A stretch of DNA of 64,000 nucleotides, from positions 7,337 through 71,336 of the forward strand of contig JANTFH010000001.1 in the NCBI GenBank assembly GCA_024763535.1. The letters run 5' to 3'. The notes under the pieces are model-generated. The model worked only from the letters and a program-made list of their open reading frames with translations. It was not told the origin of the DNA and made no database searches. This document shows, piece after piece, positions 37,703 to 48,137 of this stretch. The position numbers and the translations under genes are program-made. Every line of letters begins with the position of its first letter. Positions within the stretch are counted from its first letter, which is position 1. This DNA is from Thermodesulfobacteriota bacterium (GTDB taxonomy: Bacteria > Desulfobacterota > Anaeroferrophillalia > Anaeroferrophillales > Tharpellaceae).

Positions 37703-39461
37703 TACGATTTTACTTCATCCCGCCTCCTATTTTATTATTGGAGCTTTTCTGCTGCCGTTGTTCAGCCGGGTCAGGATTGCCCAGAAGGTGATTCTGCTGG
37801 CAGTGCCGCTTCTGGCCTTCTGGCAGATTCATTATCTGCCGGAAAGTTTCGGTATCTGTCATTTCATGGGGTTTGAGTTGACCTTCGGTCGGGTCGATAA
37901 ATTGACCTATGTCTTTCTTCATGTCTTTACCCTGATGGCTTTGATCGGAGCGATCTACTGTCTTCATGTTAAAGAGACAGGGCATCATATAGCGGCTTTT
38001 CTTTATGTTGCCGGGTCTTTAGGAACAACTTTGGCCGGGGACTACCTGACAATTTTTATCTTTTGGGAACTGATGGCCTTTGCCTCGGTTTTCCTGATCT
38101 GGTACCGCAAGAAAAAACGCTCGATTGAGGCCGGTTATCGTTATCTTCTGGTCCATACCGTCGGCGGACTGATTCTTCTGGCCGGAATTTTCTTACGCTA
38201 TAAGAATTGTCACGATTTGACTTTTACGCGAATCCTGGCGGAGGGAGCGACGACAGCTGATTACCTGATTATGATCGGTTTTATGCTCAATGCTGCAGTA
38301 CCGCCGATTCACGCCTGGCTGCCTGATGCCTATCCCGAAGCCACTGTGGCCGGGGCCGTGTTTATGTGTGCCTTCACCACGAAAACGGCGGTTTATGTGC
38401 TCGCCCGGGGTTTCCCCGGATTTGAGATGCTGGCGATTTTGGGCGCGATTATGACTCTTTACGGGGTCGGCTACGCCGTTATCGAAAATGACGCCAGACG
38501 AATTCTGGCCTACCATATTGTCAGTCAGGTCGGATACATGGTCTGTGGTATAGGCATCGGTACGGCCATGGCAGTCAATGGTGCCTGTGCTCATGCCTAC
38601 GCCCATATTCTCTACAAAGCTCTGCTCTTTATGGGGGTCGGTGCGGTGCTGGAGATGACCGGCAAATCCAAACTCAATGAGCTTGGCGGACTCTATAAAA
38701 CCATGCCGGTAGCTCTTTTCTTTACCGTGATCGGCGGAATCGCGATTTCGGGATTCCCCCTGACCAGCGGATTCATCAGCAAATCGATGATTATTGCCGC
38801 TGCCGGGGTAGATCACCGGGTTATTATCATGCTGATGCTGAGTCTGGCAGCAGTCGGGACCTTCCTTTCGGTCGGCATCAAGCTGCCTTATTTTATCTGG
38901 TTCGGTAAAGATTCCGGAGTTAAAGGCAAAGAAGCCCCCTGGAATATGAACCTGGCGATGGCAATAGCCGCATTTATGTGCATCTTTTTGGGCGTCTATC
39001 CTGAATATCTTTATAAAATGTTGCCGTTTGCCTGTGATTATCATCCCTATTCAGCCTACCATATATCGGAAACCCTGCAGATTCTTGGCTTTACAGGTCT
39101 GGGTTTCTATCTGATGGTCAACTATCTTCATCCAGATCCGAAAAGCAATCTTGATGTCGACTGGTTTTATCGCAAAGGGGCCCTCGTTTTTATGTGGTGT
39201 GCCCGGAAACCGATCAGTATTGCCAACGACTGGGTCGGCGAGGTTTACCGGACGGTGGGTATGCGTTTTACCATGCTCGTGGCCAAAGCTCTCTCCTGGT
39301 TTGACTGGGAAGGGATCGACTGGGCTGTAGACGGTTCCGCCAAAGGCGTGGTTAAAGGTGGCGATCAGATACGGGCTCTGCAGACGGGTAAAATCCAGCA
39401 GTATGTCGGCGGCGCGGTGGCGGCGCTGATGATTGTTCTGCTGGTAATCGTCTTTCTCTAA
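37692..39461 (+). CDS. nuoL: NADH-quinone oxidoreductase subunit L
   Basis: 589-aa antiporter-like subunit. Has a C-terminal long amphipathic segment (DWVGEVYRTVGMRFTMLVAKALSWFDWEGIDWAVDGSAKGVV) followed by a terminal TM helix, i.e. the NuoL horizontal helix plus TM16 architecture. Confidence 0.8.
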   Translation: MLSNTILLHPASYFIIGAFLLPLFSRVRIAQKVILLAVPLLAFWQIHYLPESFGICHFMGFELTFGRVDKLTYVFLHVFTLMALIGAIYCLHVKETGHHIAAFLYVAGSLGTTLAGDYLTIFIFWELMAFASVFLIWYRKKKRSIEAGYRYLLVHTVGGLILLAGIFLRYKNCHDLTFTRILAEGATTADYLIMIGFMLNAAVPPIHAWLPDAYPEATVAGAVFMCAFTTKTAVYVLARGFPGFEMLAILGAIMTLYGVGYAVIENDARRILAYHIVSQVGYMVCGIGIGTAMAVNGACAHAYAHILYKALLFMGVGAVLEMTGKSKLNELGGLYKTMPVALFFTVIGGIAISGFPLTSGFISKSMIIAAAGVDHRVIIMLMLSLAAVGTFLSVGIKLPYFIWFGKDSGVKGKEAPWNMNLAMAIAAFMCIFLGVYPEYLYKMLPFACDYHPYSAYHISETLQILGFTGLGFYLMVNYLHPDPKSNLDVDWFYRKGALVFMWCARKPISIANDWVGEVYRTVGMRFTMLVAKALSWFDWEGIDWAVDGSAKGVVKGGDQIRALQTGKIQQYVGGAVAALMIVLLVIVFL

Positions 39462-39531
39462 GCCCTGGAGCTGAATATTTATTTGAATGATTGATTAATT
39501 CGTCGAGATGAAATCTTAAGAGACTTTGATT

Positions 39532-41136
39532 ATGCACATGGAAAAATATCTGATCTTAAATACCTTGAGCTACCCGGTTCTGTCGCTGATTATGCTGGTT
39601 CCGCTGGTGGGTGCGCTGCTGAGTCTTCTGATAAAAAATGAGACCTGGTTAAAGATCTTCGGACTTCTGGTGACGCTGGTTACTCTGGTGCTGTCGCTGC
39701 CGCTCTATACCTGCTTTGATCTGCATACGGCCAAATATCAGTTCGCCGAGCTTCGGCACTGGTTTCCCCTGCTTAAGCTGCATTACGTAGTCGGGGTTGA
39801 CGGTATCAGTGTGCTGCTGGTTCTTCTGACGACGATTATCATGCCTTTCTGCATTTTATGTTCCTGGAACTATATCAAAAAGCGGATGGGTGAGTTTATA
39901 TTTGTGACGCTGGTTATGGAGACTGCCATGATCGGGGTCTTTATCAGTCTGAATACGGTGCTCTTTTATATCTTCTGGGAAGCGATGTTGATTCCGATGT
40001 TCCTGCTGATCGCTGTCTGGGGCGGAGCCCGCAAGGATTATGCTTCAATCAAGTTTTTCCTCTACACTCTATGCGGCAGTATCTTCCTGCTGGTGGCAAT
40101 TGTCGCCCTCTATATTAAAACCGGAACCTTCTTTATCCCGGAGTTGATGGATCAGCCCTTCTCTTTTGCCTATCAGATGTGGATCTTTCTGGCCTGCGCT
40201 CTGGCTTTCGCCATCAAGATTCCCATGTATCCGCTCCATACCTGGCTACCGGCCGCTCACGTTGAAGCCCCGACCGCCGGCAGTGTTATTCTGGCAAGTA
40301 TCCTGTTGAAGATGGGCGGCTACGGTTTCTTGCGCTTTTGTCTGCCTATGGCGCCGGCGGCAACCCTCTACTGTATGCCGTATTTTATCGCTCTTTCACT
40401 TATCTCCATTATATTCGGCGGCTATCTGGCTTTAGGTCAGACCGACATCAAGAAGCTGATTGCTTACTCCAGTGTCGGTCACATGGGTTTCGTTACCCTC
40501 GGTATTTTCCTCTTAAATGATCAGGGTCTGAAAGGTGCGATCCTGCAGATGATCAACCATGGGATCACTACCGGCGGCCTCTTCATCATGGTCGGCATGA
40601 TTTACGAGAGAACCCACAGTCGTGAGATTGCCGACAACTCGGCATTGGGGATGATGATTCCGATTTACGTGACATTCCTGGGTATCTTCTGTCTCTCGTC
40701 ACTGGCTTTTCCGGGAACCAACAGTTTTGTTGGAGAATTCCTGGTGCTCTTCGGGGCTTTCAAGAAGAGTGTCGTGGTCGGTTTCCTGGCAATCCCCGGA
40801 GCGATTCTGGCTGCCGCCTACATGTTGCGTCTTCTGCAGCGGATGGTCTGGCACGATTCCGACGGGCATGCTCATCATGATTCCGCGGGTGATGATCACG
40901 GTCATAAGTTGACTGACCTCTGTTTTCGTGAGATCGTAATGGTGGTGGTTCTGGCAGTATTTGTCTTCTGGATCGGGCTCTATCCGACTCCGCTGCTGAA
41001 GGTGATGGATGCCAGTGTTACCCACCTGCTGCATCAGATTACAGCCGGAGGAACTCCGGCACCGGTTACCCCGCATGAAGGTCATCACGCTCTGCTTGAG
41101 ATCGGCAACTGGTTGAAACAGGTTGCAGCTTTTTAG
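39532..41136 (+). CDS. nuoM: NADH-quinone oxidoreductase subunit M
   Basis: ND4-like (WLPAAHVEAPTAGSVILASILLKMGGYG; AYSSVGHMGFVTLGI). Start ATG 39532 preferred over the upstream TTG. Confidence 0.85.
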   Translation: MHMEKYLILNTLSYPVLSLIMLVPLVGALLSLLIKNETWLKIFGLLVTLVTLVLSLPLYTCFDLHTAKYQFAELRHWFPLLKLHYVVGVDGISVLLVLLTTIIMPFCILCSWNYIKKRMGEFIFVTLVMETAMIGVFISLNTVLFYIFWEAMLIPMFLLIAVWGGARKDYASIKFFLYTLCGSIFLLVAIVALYIKTGTFFIPELMDQPFSFAYQMWIFLACALAFAIKIPMYPLHTWLPAAHVEAPTAGSVILASILLKMGGYGFLRFCLPMAPAATLYCMPYFIALSLISIIFGGYLALGQTDIKKLIAYSSVGHMGFVTLGIFLLNDQGLKGAILQMINHGITTGGLFIMVGMIYERTHSREIADNSALGMMIPIYVTFLGIFCLSSLAFPGTNSFVGEFLVLFGAFKKSVVVGFLAIPGAILAAAYMLRLLQRMVWHDSDGHAHHDSAGDDHGHKLTDLCFREIVMVVVLAVFVFWIGLYPTPLLKVMDASVTHLLHQITAGGTPAPVTPHEGHHALLEIGNWLKQVAAF

Positions 41137-41197
41137 ATAGTGATTCGTAACTGCTATTAAAACGAATTATCGATATTTTTAATTACAGGTAATTAAA

Positions 41198-42622
41198 ATG
41201 CAAGTAATGCTTATTCTTCCGGAGCTTGTCCTGATCCTTACGGTGCTGGTTCTTTTTGCGGCGTCTCTGAAAAAAATCAAGGGCGGCGGTTTAACCGGTA
41301 TTGCCCTGGTCGGATCGTTTTTAACCTTGGTCGCTACCGTACTTGGGGGGACGGCCTCCGGAAGTCTGTTTGCCGGAGCCTATCAGCTTGATGCGCTTTC
41401 ACAATTAATAAAATTTCTTCTGGGAGGCGGTCTTTTCCTGATATTCTTCATGTGCCGCAGCTTAAGCGGCATTGAAGAGGAGATGCAGAATGAGTTTTTT
41501 CTGTTTCTCAGTTTGAGTGCCCTGGGCCTGATGATGATGAGCAGCGCGGTCGAACTGCTGACGATTCTGGTCTCTCTGGAGATCTCATCTTATGCTCTCT
41601 ATATTGTTATCTCTTTCCGTAAAGGCGAAGGCCGGCGGACTGAGGTTGAGGCCGGGATTAAATATGTACTCTTCGGGGCAGCCGCAACCGGCATATCTCT
41701 TTTCGGCATCAGCTATATTTTCGGTTTGACTCATTCAACCTATCTGATTGACATAAGTGCGCAGCTGCCGAAACTTATTCATCATCAACCCCTGGCAGTA
41801 ATCGGGATGGTTTTGATGCTCTGTAGCTTTTTCTATAAGCTGGCGATGTTTCCGATGCACGCCTGGACACCGGATATCTATCAGGGGGCCTCGAATGAGA
41901 CAACCACCTTTATCGCGACCCTGCCCAAGGTTGGTGCGGCGGCTCTGTTGATTCGTCTGGTCAGCATGACCGGCACCGGGGTTACTGAATTTACCTGGGT
42001 GCTGGTAGTTCTTGCGGTACTTTCTATGAGTTTTGGTAATCTCGCAGCTCTGGTGCAGAATGATATCAAGCGCCTCCTGGCCTATTCGAGTATCGCGCAT
42101 GCCGGTTATATGATGATCGGCCTGTTGAGTGGTAATCAGCTGGGTATGGCAGCCGTGATCTACTATATTGCCGGTTACGTACTCATGAATCTGGCCTGCT
42201 TTGTGGTGATCTACTATATTGCTCCCCGGGGCGAGAATATTACTTTTGAGGATCTTAAAGGACTCTACCGGCGTTCGCCGATACTTGCCTTTACCCTGGC
42301 GGCCGGAGCCTTTGGTATGGCCGGGATTCCACCGACGGTTGGTTTTACAGGTAAATTCGTCATCTTTACGGCCGCCCTCGAAAAGGGGTTTTACGGTCTG
42401 GTTGTGATAGCCATGGTCAATGCCGCCGTTTCGGCTTTCTACTATTTGAAATTGGCCCGGGCCGTCTATTGTCAGGGTGAAGAGGGCGAACTCGAAAGTA
42501 TCAAACTGGGAATCGGCGCTAAGATATTCGGCATTTTCCTGATTGCTGCGATTGTGTTCGTGGGGATTATGCCCCAGGGATTACTGCAGATGGCCGATCA
42601 GGCGGTAGCGGCGCTTTTATAG
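41198..42622 (+). CDS. nuoN: NADH-quinone oxidoreductase subunit N
   Basis: 474-aa ND2-like last subunit (AYSSIAHAGYMMIGL). Followed by a strong terminator. Confidence 0.85.
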   Translation: MQVMLILPELVLILTVLVLFAASLKKIKGGGLTGIALVGSFLTLVATVLGGTASGSLFAGAYQLDALSQLIKFLLGGGLFLIFFMCRSLSGIEEEMQNEFFLFLSLSALGLMMMSSAVELLTILVSLEISSYALYIVISFRKGEGRRTEVEAGIKYVLFGAAATGISLFGISYIFGLTHSTYLIDISAQLPKLIHHQPLAVIGMVLMLCSFFYKLAMFPMHAWTPDIYQGASNETTTFIATLPKVGAAALLIRLVSMTGTGVTEFTWVLVVLAVLSMSFGNLAALVQNDIKRLLAYSSIAHAGYMMIGLLSGNQLGMAAVIYYIAGYVLMNLACFVVIYYIAPRGENITFEDLKGLYRRSPILAFTLAAGAFGMAGIPPTVGFTGKFVIFTAALEKGFYGLVVIAMVNAAVSAFYYLKLARAVYCQGEEGELESIKLGIGAKIFGIFLIAAIVFVGIMPQGLLQMADQAVAALL

Positions 42623-42650
42623 CCTGAATGTAGTCTGTTTGATTCGTGAT

Positions 42651-42688
42651 AAAAAAAAGGGCAGTTTCCACTGCCCTTTTTTTTATCC
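42651..42688 (+). terminator. Rho-independent terminator ending the nuo operon
   Basis: AAAAAAAAGGGCAGTTTCCACTGCCCTTTTTTTT. Confidence 0.85.
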
Positions 42689-42868
42689 GTAATTTTGTAA
42701 CAGAGGTTGAAAAGGCATTGCCTTTTATGATACTAGCTGTACAGCCGTGAAAGTGTAAAATCCCGGTTTATTAGTTGCCGGATAATTATTAATCTTATCT
42801 GTCGAAGCAAATTTTCCTTAAAATCCGATTTTTTTAAGGGGATGGTTTGAATCTAAGGGTAGAACAGC

Positions 42869-44644
42869 TTGTTACATAAACAACTCAGCGTAAAATTTCT
42901 GCTGATTGCGATAATTGTAATTCTTATCTCAGGGGTATCCGGTAGCGGTACTTCTCTACTGGCCGAATCCAGGGTTCCGGCAGAAAAGAGTTTCAAAGCG
43001 GCCAAAGATGAATATTCCCGATTTATGTCGAACTCCAGGGACTGGAATAAACGGCAGCATTGGGAAGCCCTGATTGAAAAATTTGATGCTTTAGTCCAAA
43101 AATACCCTCGCAGTAAAAGAGCTGATGATTCTCTCTATCTGGCTGCCGGACTCTACCTCTCTTTACACAACTATTCCGGTTGGTCGAGTGATCTCAAACA
43201 GTCGGAGAAACGCTATAAGCTCCTTCTTAAGAACTATCATGCTAGTCATCTGGCCGATGACGCCCTCTACAATCTCGGTCTGATAGACCAGAAGTTAGCG
43301 GATGAAAAGGGAGCGCAGGAATACTGGCGGAAACTTTTAAAAGAGTATCCCGACTCCGATATGCGGGAGCGAACTCTGGCTAAACTGGAGGAGTCGAGCC
43401 GAACTAAAACCTCCTCTAAGAAGAGCGTTGTCAGAAAAAAAGCCCGGATCAAAAAATCTCGCTTCCGAAAAACCAACAGCCATGCCGGCACCGCGGCCCG
43501 GCCGAAGAAGGGTAGCGGCTTCCACGGCAAAGCCCTGATAAAAGATCTGCGGCACTGGTCGTCACCGACCTATACCCGGGTGGTTATCGACTTAAGCCGT
43601 GAGGTTGAATTCAGCAAAGGCATTCTTAAGGACAAGCACAACAGTAAAAAAACCAAATCGATCTATCTTAATCTTAAGGATTCGGTGATTCCCGAGACCA
43701 AGCGGGAAATTATAATTAATGACGGTATTCTGCAACGGGTTAAAATCGCACAGTTTAATGCCAAAACCGTGCGCGCGGTTATCCATGTCGGCAACATTGA
43801 TCATTACAAAATTTTCGCCTTGAGCAATCCCCCGCGGATTGTGATTGATGTTATTGGCGGTAATTATAAAAAATCAAGCCGGAAACCGGAGAAACATCCG
43901 GTCAGCCATTCCCGTTCCGGGAAAACCGGCACTCTAAGTCTGGCCCGACAGCTGGGACTTGGGGTCGGAACCATCGTTATCGATGCCGGTCATGGCGGTA
44001 AGGATCCCGGAGCCTTGTCTCCGGGAGGGGCGCGGGAGAAGGATGTTGTTCTCGATATTGCCAAAAGGCTGAGAAAAATATTACAGGAGAGGTTGAAATT
44101 TCGCGTTATAACGACCCGGGATACAGACCGTTTTATCCCGCTTGAAGAGAGAACCGTAATCGCCAATACTAAAAAGGCGGATATGTTTATCTCGATTCAT
44201 GCCAATGCCAGCCGCAATCGTCGGGCTCACGGAATCGAGACTTACTTCCTTAATCTCTCTACAGATAAGGAAGCGATGGAGCTCGCGGCCCTGGAGAACT
44301 CGACTTCAACCAAAAATATCGGGCAATTACAGTCGATTCTCAATGACCTGATGCAAAATTCCAAAATCAAGGAATCCAGCCGTCTGGCCGGTTGCGTTCA
44401 GGCCGCACTGGTGGGCAGATTACGTAAATCCTATACTAAAGTAAATAATCTCGGGGTGAAACAGGCTCCGTTTTATGTTCTCATCGGAGCTCAGATGCCG
44501 AGTATTCTGGTTGAGGTATCTTTTATCTCAAATAAGATGGAATCCCAGCGCCTGGCATCATCGGCATACCGGCAGAAAATTGCCGAAGGCCTGGCCGACG
44601 GGGTACAGAGATATATCAGTGAGATTAAACTTGCCCGCAGATAA
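42869..44644 (+). CDS. N-acetylmuramoyl-L-alanine amidase (Amidase_3, AmiC-like) with an N-terminal TPR-like region and an AMIN-like domain
   Basis: Signal peptide, TPR-like repeats (YLAAGLYLSLHNY; ALYNLGLIDQ), then the catalytic region IVIDAGHGGKDPGA...ISIHANA. Confidence 0.85.
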   Translation: MLHKQLSVKFLLIAIIVILISGVSGSGTSLLAESRVPAEKSFKAAKDEYSRFMSNSRDWNKRQHWEALIEKFDALVQKYPRSKRADDSLYLAAGLYLSLHNYSGWSSDLKQSEKRYKLLLKNYHASHLADDALYNLGLIDQKLADEKGAQEYWRKLLKEYPDSDMRERTLAKLEESSRTKTSSKKSVVRKKARIKKSRFRKTNSHAGTAARPKKGSGFHGKALIKDLRHWSSPTYTRVVIDLSREVEFSKGILKDKHNSKKTKSIYLNLKDSVIPETKREIIINDGILQRVKIAQFNAKTVRAVIHVGNIDHYKIFALSNPPRIVIDVIGGNYKKSSRKPEKHPVSHSRSGKTGTLSLARQLGLGVGTIVIDAGHGGKDPGALSPGGAREKDVVLDIAKRLRKILQERLKFRVITTRDTDRFIPLEERTVIANTKKADMFISIHANASRNRRAHGIETYFLNLSTDKEAMELAALENSTSTKNIGQLQSILNDLMQNSKIKESSRLAGCVQAALVGRLRKSYTKVNNLGVKQAPFYVLIGAQMPSILVEVSFISNKMESQRLASSAYRQKIAEGLADGVQRYISEIKLARR

Positions 44645-44673
44645 GGCGGCCATAACCTAAGGAGGAGGTCAAG

Positions 44674-46068
44674 ATGATTGAACAAAAATTTGTTTTACGC
44701 GACGATGAGATTCCCCGGCAGTGGTACAATCTGGCAGCGGATCTGCCTTCACCGATGGAGCCGTTGCGGGCCCCGGATGGCAGCCTGGTTACCCCGGAGA
44801 TGATGGCTCCGATTTTTCCAATGAACCTGATTGAACAGGAGGTCAGTCAGGAGCGCTGGATCGATATCCCGGAGCCGCTTTTAGCGCTGTTGGCCGGTTA
44901 TCGGCCGGCCCCGCTGAAACGGGCGATTAAACTGGAAAAAGCTTTAGATACTCCGGCCAAAATCTACTATAAGGATGAGAGCACCTCTCCGGCGGGCAGT
45001 CACAAACCCAATTCAGCCCTGGCTCAGGCCTGGTATAATAAAGAGTTCGGAACTAAACGCCTGACTACGGAAACCGGGGCCGGACAGTGGGGCAGTGCCC
45101 TCAGTTATGCCTGCGCTCTGGTTGGTTTGGAGTGTAAAGTCTTTATGGTACGGATCAGTTTCGATCAAAAGCCGTATCGAAAAATTTTGATGGAGACCTG
45201 GGGTGGCACCTGTATCGCCAGTCCCAGTAACGAGACTGCGGCCGGGCGTAAATTTCTTGAAGAGTATCCGGATACTCCGGGTAGTCTCGGTATGGCCATC
45301 AGCGAAGCGGTTGAGGCCGCGGTCTGTGATAAGAGCGGTGAGACTAAATACGCCCTGGGCAGCGTCTTGAACCTGGTCATGCTGCATCAGACGATTATCG
45401 GTCTCGAAGCCAAAAAACAGCTGGCTCTGGCGGGGGTTAAAAAACCCGATATTGTCATCGGCTGCGCTGGCGGCGGCAGTAATTTTGCCGGGTTGTCATT
45501 CCCTTTTGTCAATGACAAAATTCATGGTGCCGATATCACCATTATTCCGGTTGAACCGCAATCCTGCCCGAGTTTGACCAAAGCTCCTTTCTCCTATGAT
45601 TTTGGCGATACTTCCGGGATGACTCCGTTGTTGCCAATGTATACTCTGGGGCACAACTTTGTTGCTCCGCCGCTGCACGCCGGTGGTCTGCGTTATCACG
45701 GCATGGCCCCGTTGGTAAGCCAGGCGGTAGTTGAGGGCTTGTTGGAACCGATGAGTATCCCGCAGCTGGAATGTTATGCCGCGGCCGTACAATGGGCGCG
45801 CACGGAAGGCACCGTCTGTGCCCCGGAAACCAGTCACGCGATTGCCGCGACTATCCGCCAGGCGAAACAGGCGAAAGAGGAAGGCAAGGAGAAGGTTATT
45901 CTCTTTAACTACAGTGGTCACGGTATGCTTGATCTGTCCGGTTACGACAGCTATCTGAGCGGTCGGCTGAAAGATTACGAAATCCCGCAGGAGGACTTTG
46001 ATGCGTCTATAGCCGAATCGCTTAAAGGGATGCCCGAAGCGCATGAGAAACGTACCGGTAAATGGTAG
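44674..46068 (+). CDS. TrpB-like PLP-dependent enzyme (TrpB2-type tryptophan synthase beta paralog)
   Basis: 464 aa, larger than TrpB1. PLP lysine context (KDESTSPAGSHKPNSA) and GAGQWGSAL glycine loop. Not adjacent to trpA. Confidence 0.8.
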   Translation: MIEQKFVLRDDEIPRQWYNLAADLPSPMEPLRAPDGSLVTPEMMAPIFPMNLIEQEVSQERWIDIPEPLLALLAGYRPAPLKRAIKLEKALDTPAKIYYKDESTSPAGSHKPNSALAQAWYNKEFGTKRLTTETGAGQWGSALSYACALVGLECKVFMVRISFDQKPYRKILMETWGGTCIASPSNETAAGRKFLEEYPDTPGSLGMAISEAVEAAVCDKSGETKYALGSVLNLVMLHQTIIGLEAKKQLALAGVKKPDIVIGCAGGGSNFAGLSFPFVNDKIHGADITIIPVEPQSCPSLTKAPFSYDFGDTSGMTPLLPMYTLGHNFVAPPLHAGGLRYHGMAPLVSQAVVEGLLEPMSIPQLECYAAAVQWARTEGTVCAPETSHAIAATIRQAKQAKEEGKEKVILFNYSGHGMLDLSGYDSYLSGRLKDYEIPQEDFDASIAESLKGMPEAHEKRTGKW

Positions 46069-46087
46069 TTTATTAAAATTTAAGACC

Positions 46088-46118
46088 AAAAAAGCGCCTT
46101 ATCCCGGGCGCTTTTTTG
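46088..46118 (+). terminator. Rho-independent terminator after trpB2
   Basis: AAAAAAGCGCC-ttatcc-GGGCGCTTTTTTGG. Confidence 0.8.
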
Positions 46119-46198
46119 GTTTTTACGACATAATCTTAAGACGTACTTGATCGGTCCGTGAGCATTGCGGGTTTGATTGACTGAGGTTTTCGCATTAA

Positions 46199-47545
46199 AT
46201 GATAAGACTTTTTTTTAAGAATAAAATACTACTGGCGGGGCTGCTTCTGGTACTATCCGGATGGCTGGTGGCCGGATTTCTTTTTTTTGCGGGCCGGCCG
46301 TCGGGCCCGGCTCGAGAGATTACGAGGGCCGATGCCGCGAGCCCGAATGTATTGCCCCATGATGTTTCTCAATCGAAAGTTCAGCTGCCGGCGGAAACCG
46401 CGCTGGCTGCAACTGTGAAAGTGCCGGAGATTAAAGAGTTCGCCGGTACAATTAAGCGGGGTGAAACCTTAAGCTCTCTGCTTGGAGACTATTTAAGCGG
46501 CCATGAAATATGCTGTCTGGCTGAACAGTGCGAGGATACCTTTTCGGTTAAAGATATCCGGGCCGGCCGGCCCTACTGTATGCTTTTTGAAGATGGCTCA
46601 TTCAAATGCTTCACTTATGAAATTGATGCTGATGAACAGCTGCTGATAAACTATGAGGGCGAAAAGTTTAAGATAAGCAGAGCGGCGATTGCTTACCAGG
46701 TTGAACGCTCGGTCATATCCGGAACCATCTCAAGCTCACTTTTTCTGACGATTGCTGAACTCGGAGAGAGAGCGGAACTGGCCTGCCGCCTGGCCGATAT
46801 ATTCGCCTGGGATATTGATTTTATGCGTGATTTACGGCCGGGCGATTCTTTTCGGGTGCTGGTTGAAAAGCGTTATCGTGCCGGTGAATTTGCCGGTTAT
46901 GGTACCCTCCTGGCAGCTGAATTTATTAATCGGGGTGAGACCTTCGAGGCAGTTTACTATAAAGATAAAGAGAAATCGGCCTACTATGATCGCAATGGCC
47001 GCAGCCTGAAAAAGGCTTTTCTTAAAGCCCCGCTTGTCTATAGCCGGATCTCTTCGACCTACAGCAACCGTCGTTATCATCCGGTGTTAAATATCTATCG
47101 ACCGCACCGGGCGATAGATTATGCAGCCCCGGTTGGAACTCCGGTTCGGGCGGTGGCCGGCGGGGTGGTTACGCAACGCAGTTATGACCGGCAAAATGGT
47201 AATAAAATCCGTTTGCGTCACCCTAATCGATATGAAACGACCTACATTCATCTAAGTCGTTTCGGTCGGGGAATTAAGGTCGGTAGCAAGGTTGAACAGG
47301 GCCGGGTTATCGGTTACGTCGGGGCCACCGGTCTGGCTACCGGACCCCATCTTGATTTCCGGGTTTTTAAGAACGGTCACGCGATTAACCCCTTAAAGAT
47401 GGAACGAATTCCGTCGGCGCCGCTCCCGAAAAAAGATTTGCCGGAATTTGCGCTCAAAGCTAAGGAGTATTTTGCCGCATTGGCCGGTGACTTACCGTTG
47501 AAACGGGCCCGGAAACAGATTTCAGATGCCGGCAAAGATAGCTGA
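46199..47545 (+). CDS. M23-family peptidoglycan metalloendopeptidase (OapA/LysM-less type)
   Basis: N-terminal TM/signal. C-terminal Peptidase_M23 motifs (HRAIDYAAPVGTPVRA; HLDFRVFKNGHAINP). Confidence 0.85.
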   Translation: MIRLFFKNKILLAGLLLVLSGWLVAGFLFFAGRPSGPAREITRADAASPNVLPHDVSQSKVQLPAETALAATVKVPEIKEFAGTIKRGETLSSLLGDYLSGHEICCLAEQCEDTFSVKDIRAGRPYCMLFEDGSFKCFTYEIDADEQLLINYEGEKFKISRAAIAYQVERSVISGTISSSLFLTIAELGERAELACRLADIFAWDIDFMRDLRPGDSFRVLVEKRYRAGEFAGYGTLLAAEFINRGETFEAVYYKDKEKSAYYDRNGRSLKKAFLKAPLVYSRISSTYSNRRYHPVLNIYRPHRAIDYAAPVGTPVRAVAGGVVTQRSYDRQNGNKIRLRHPNRYETTYIHLSRFGRGIKVGSKVEQGRVIGYVGATGLATGPHLDFRVFKNGHAINPLKMERIPSAPLPKKDLPEFALKAKEYFAALAGDLPLKRARKQISDAGKDS

Positions 47546-47566
47546 ATTAGAATAAAGGAGTTTTTA

Positions 47567-47986
47567 GTGATGAAACATTTTCGGCAGGAGTTATGGTTTT
47601 CAACTTCCGCCCGGCGGGAGTTTATCAATATTACCCCGGAAGTAGCAAAGTGTCTGCTGGAAAGCGGTATTCAGGAAGGTCTCTGCTTGGTCAATGCGAT
47701 GCATATTACAGCTTCCGTTTTTATCAACGATGATGAGTCCGGCCTGCATCATGATTTTGAGCTCTGGTTGGAAAAACTGGCACCGCACGCGCCGACTTCG
47801 CAATACCGGCATAACGGCTTTGAAGATAATGCCGACGGTCATCTCAAACGGCAGATTATGGGGCGGGAAGTCGTGGTCGCCGTCACCGGCGGTAAACTCG
47901 ATTTCGGCCCTTGGGAACAAATATTTTACGGTGAATTCGACGGCCGGCGCAAGAAACGGGTACTGGTTAAGATTATCGGCGAATAA
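47567..47986 (+). CDS. yjbQ: YjbQ/UPF0047-family protein (secondary thiamine-phosphate synthase-type)
   Basis: 139 aa with the conserved YjbQ core ([21 protein letters not shown]...). Confidence 0.75.
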   Translation: MMKHFRQELWFSTSARREFINITPEVAKCLLESGIQEGLCLVNAMHITASVFINDDESGLHHDFELWLEKLAPHAPTSQYRHNGFEDNADGHLKRQIMGREVVVAVTGGKLDFGPWEQIFYGEFDGRRKKRVLVKIIGE

Positions 47987-48137
47987 TCATTTTGTCATTT
48001 CCCTCGGTTTACCGCTCTTGATCTGTCTATAGCTTGGTAAATCATGCCTACCTTTCAACGTTTCGCATCAGCGGCGCGGCATGTCCGCGGGCATATAGAT
48101 GTTAGACGGTGCCTTTCCGCATCGATTCAGTCTGACC

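Noticed and set aside
48054-48107. A full second attC at the distal end of the permease cassette
   Set aside because: Only the GTCTAAC-type heptamer and a short imperfect palindrome (ATGCCCGCGGACAT) are present. The best GTTRRRY candidate (GTTGAAA) violates the consensus, and the site would be only ~54 nt. I kept it as supporting context for the island and did not call it a feature.
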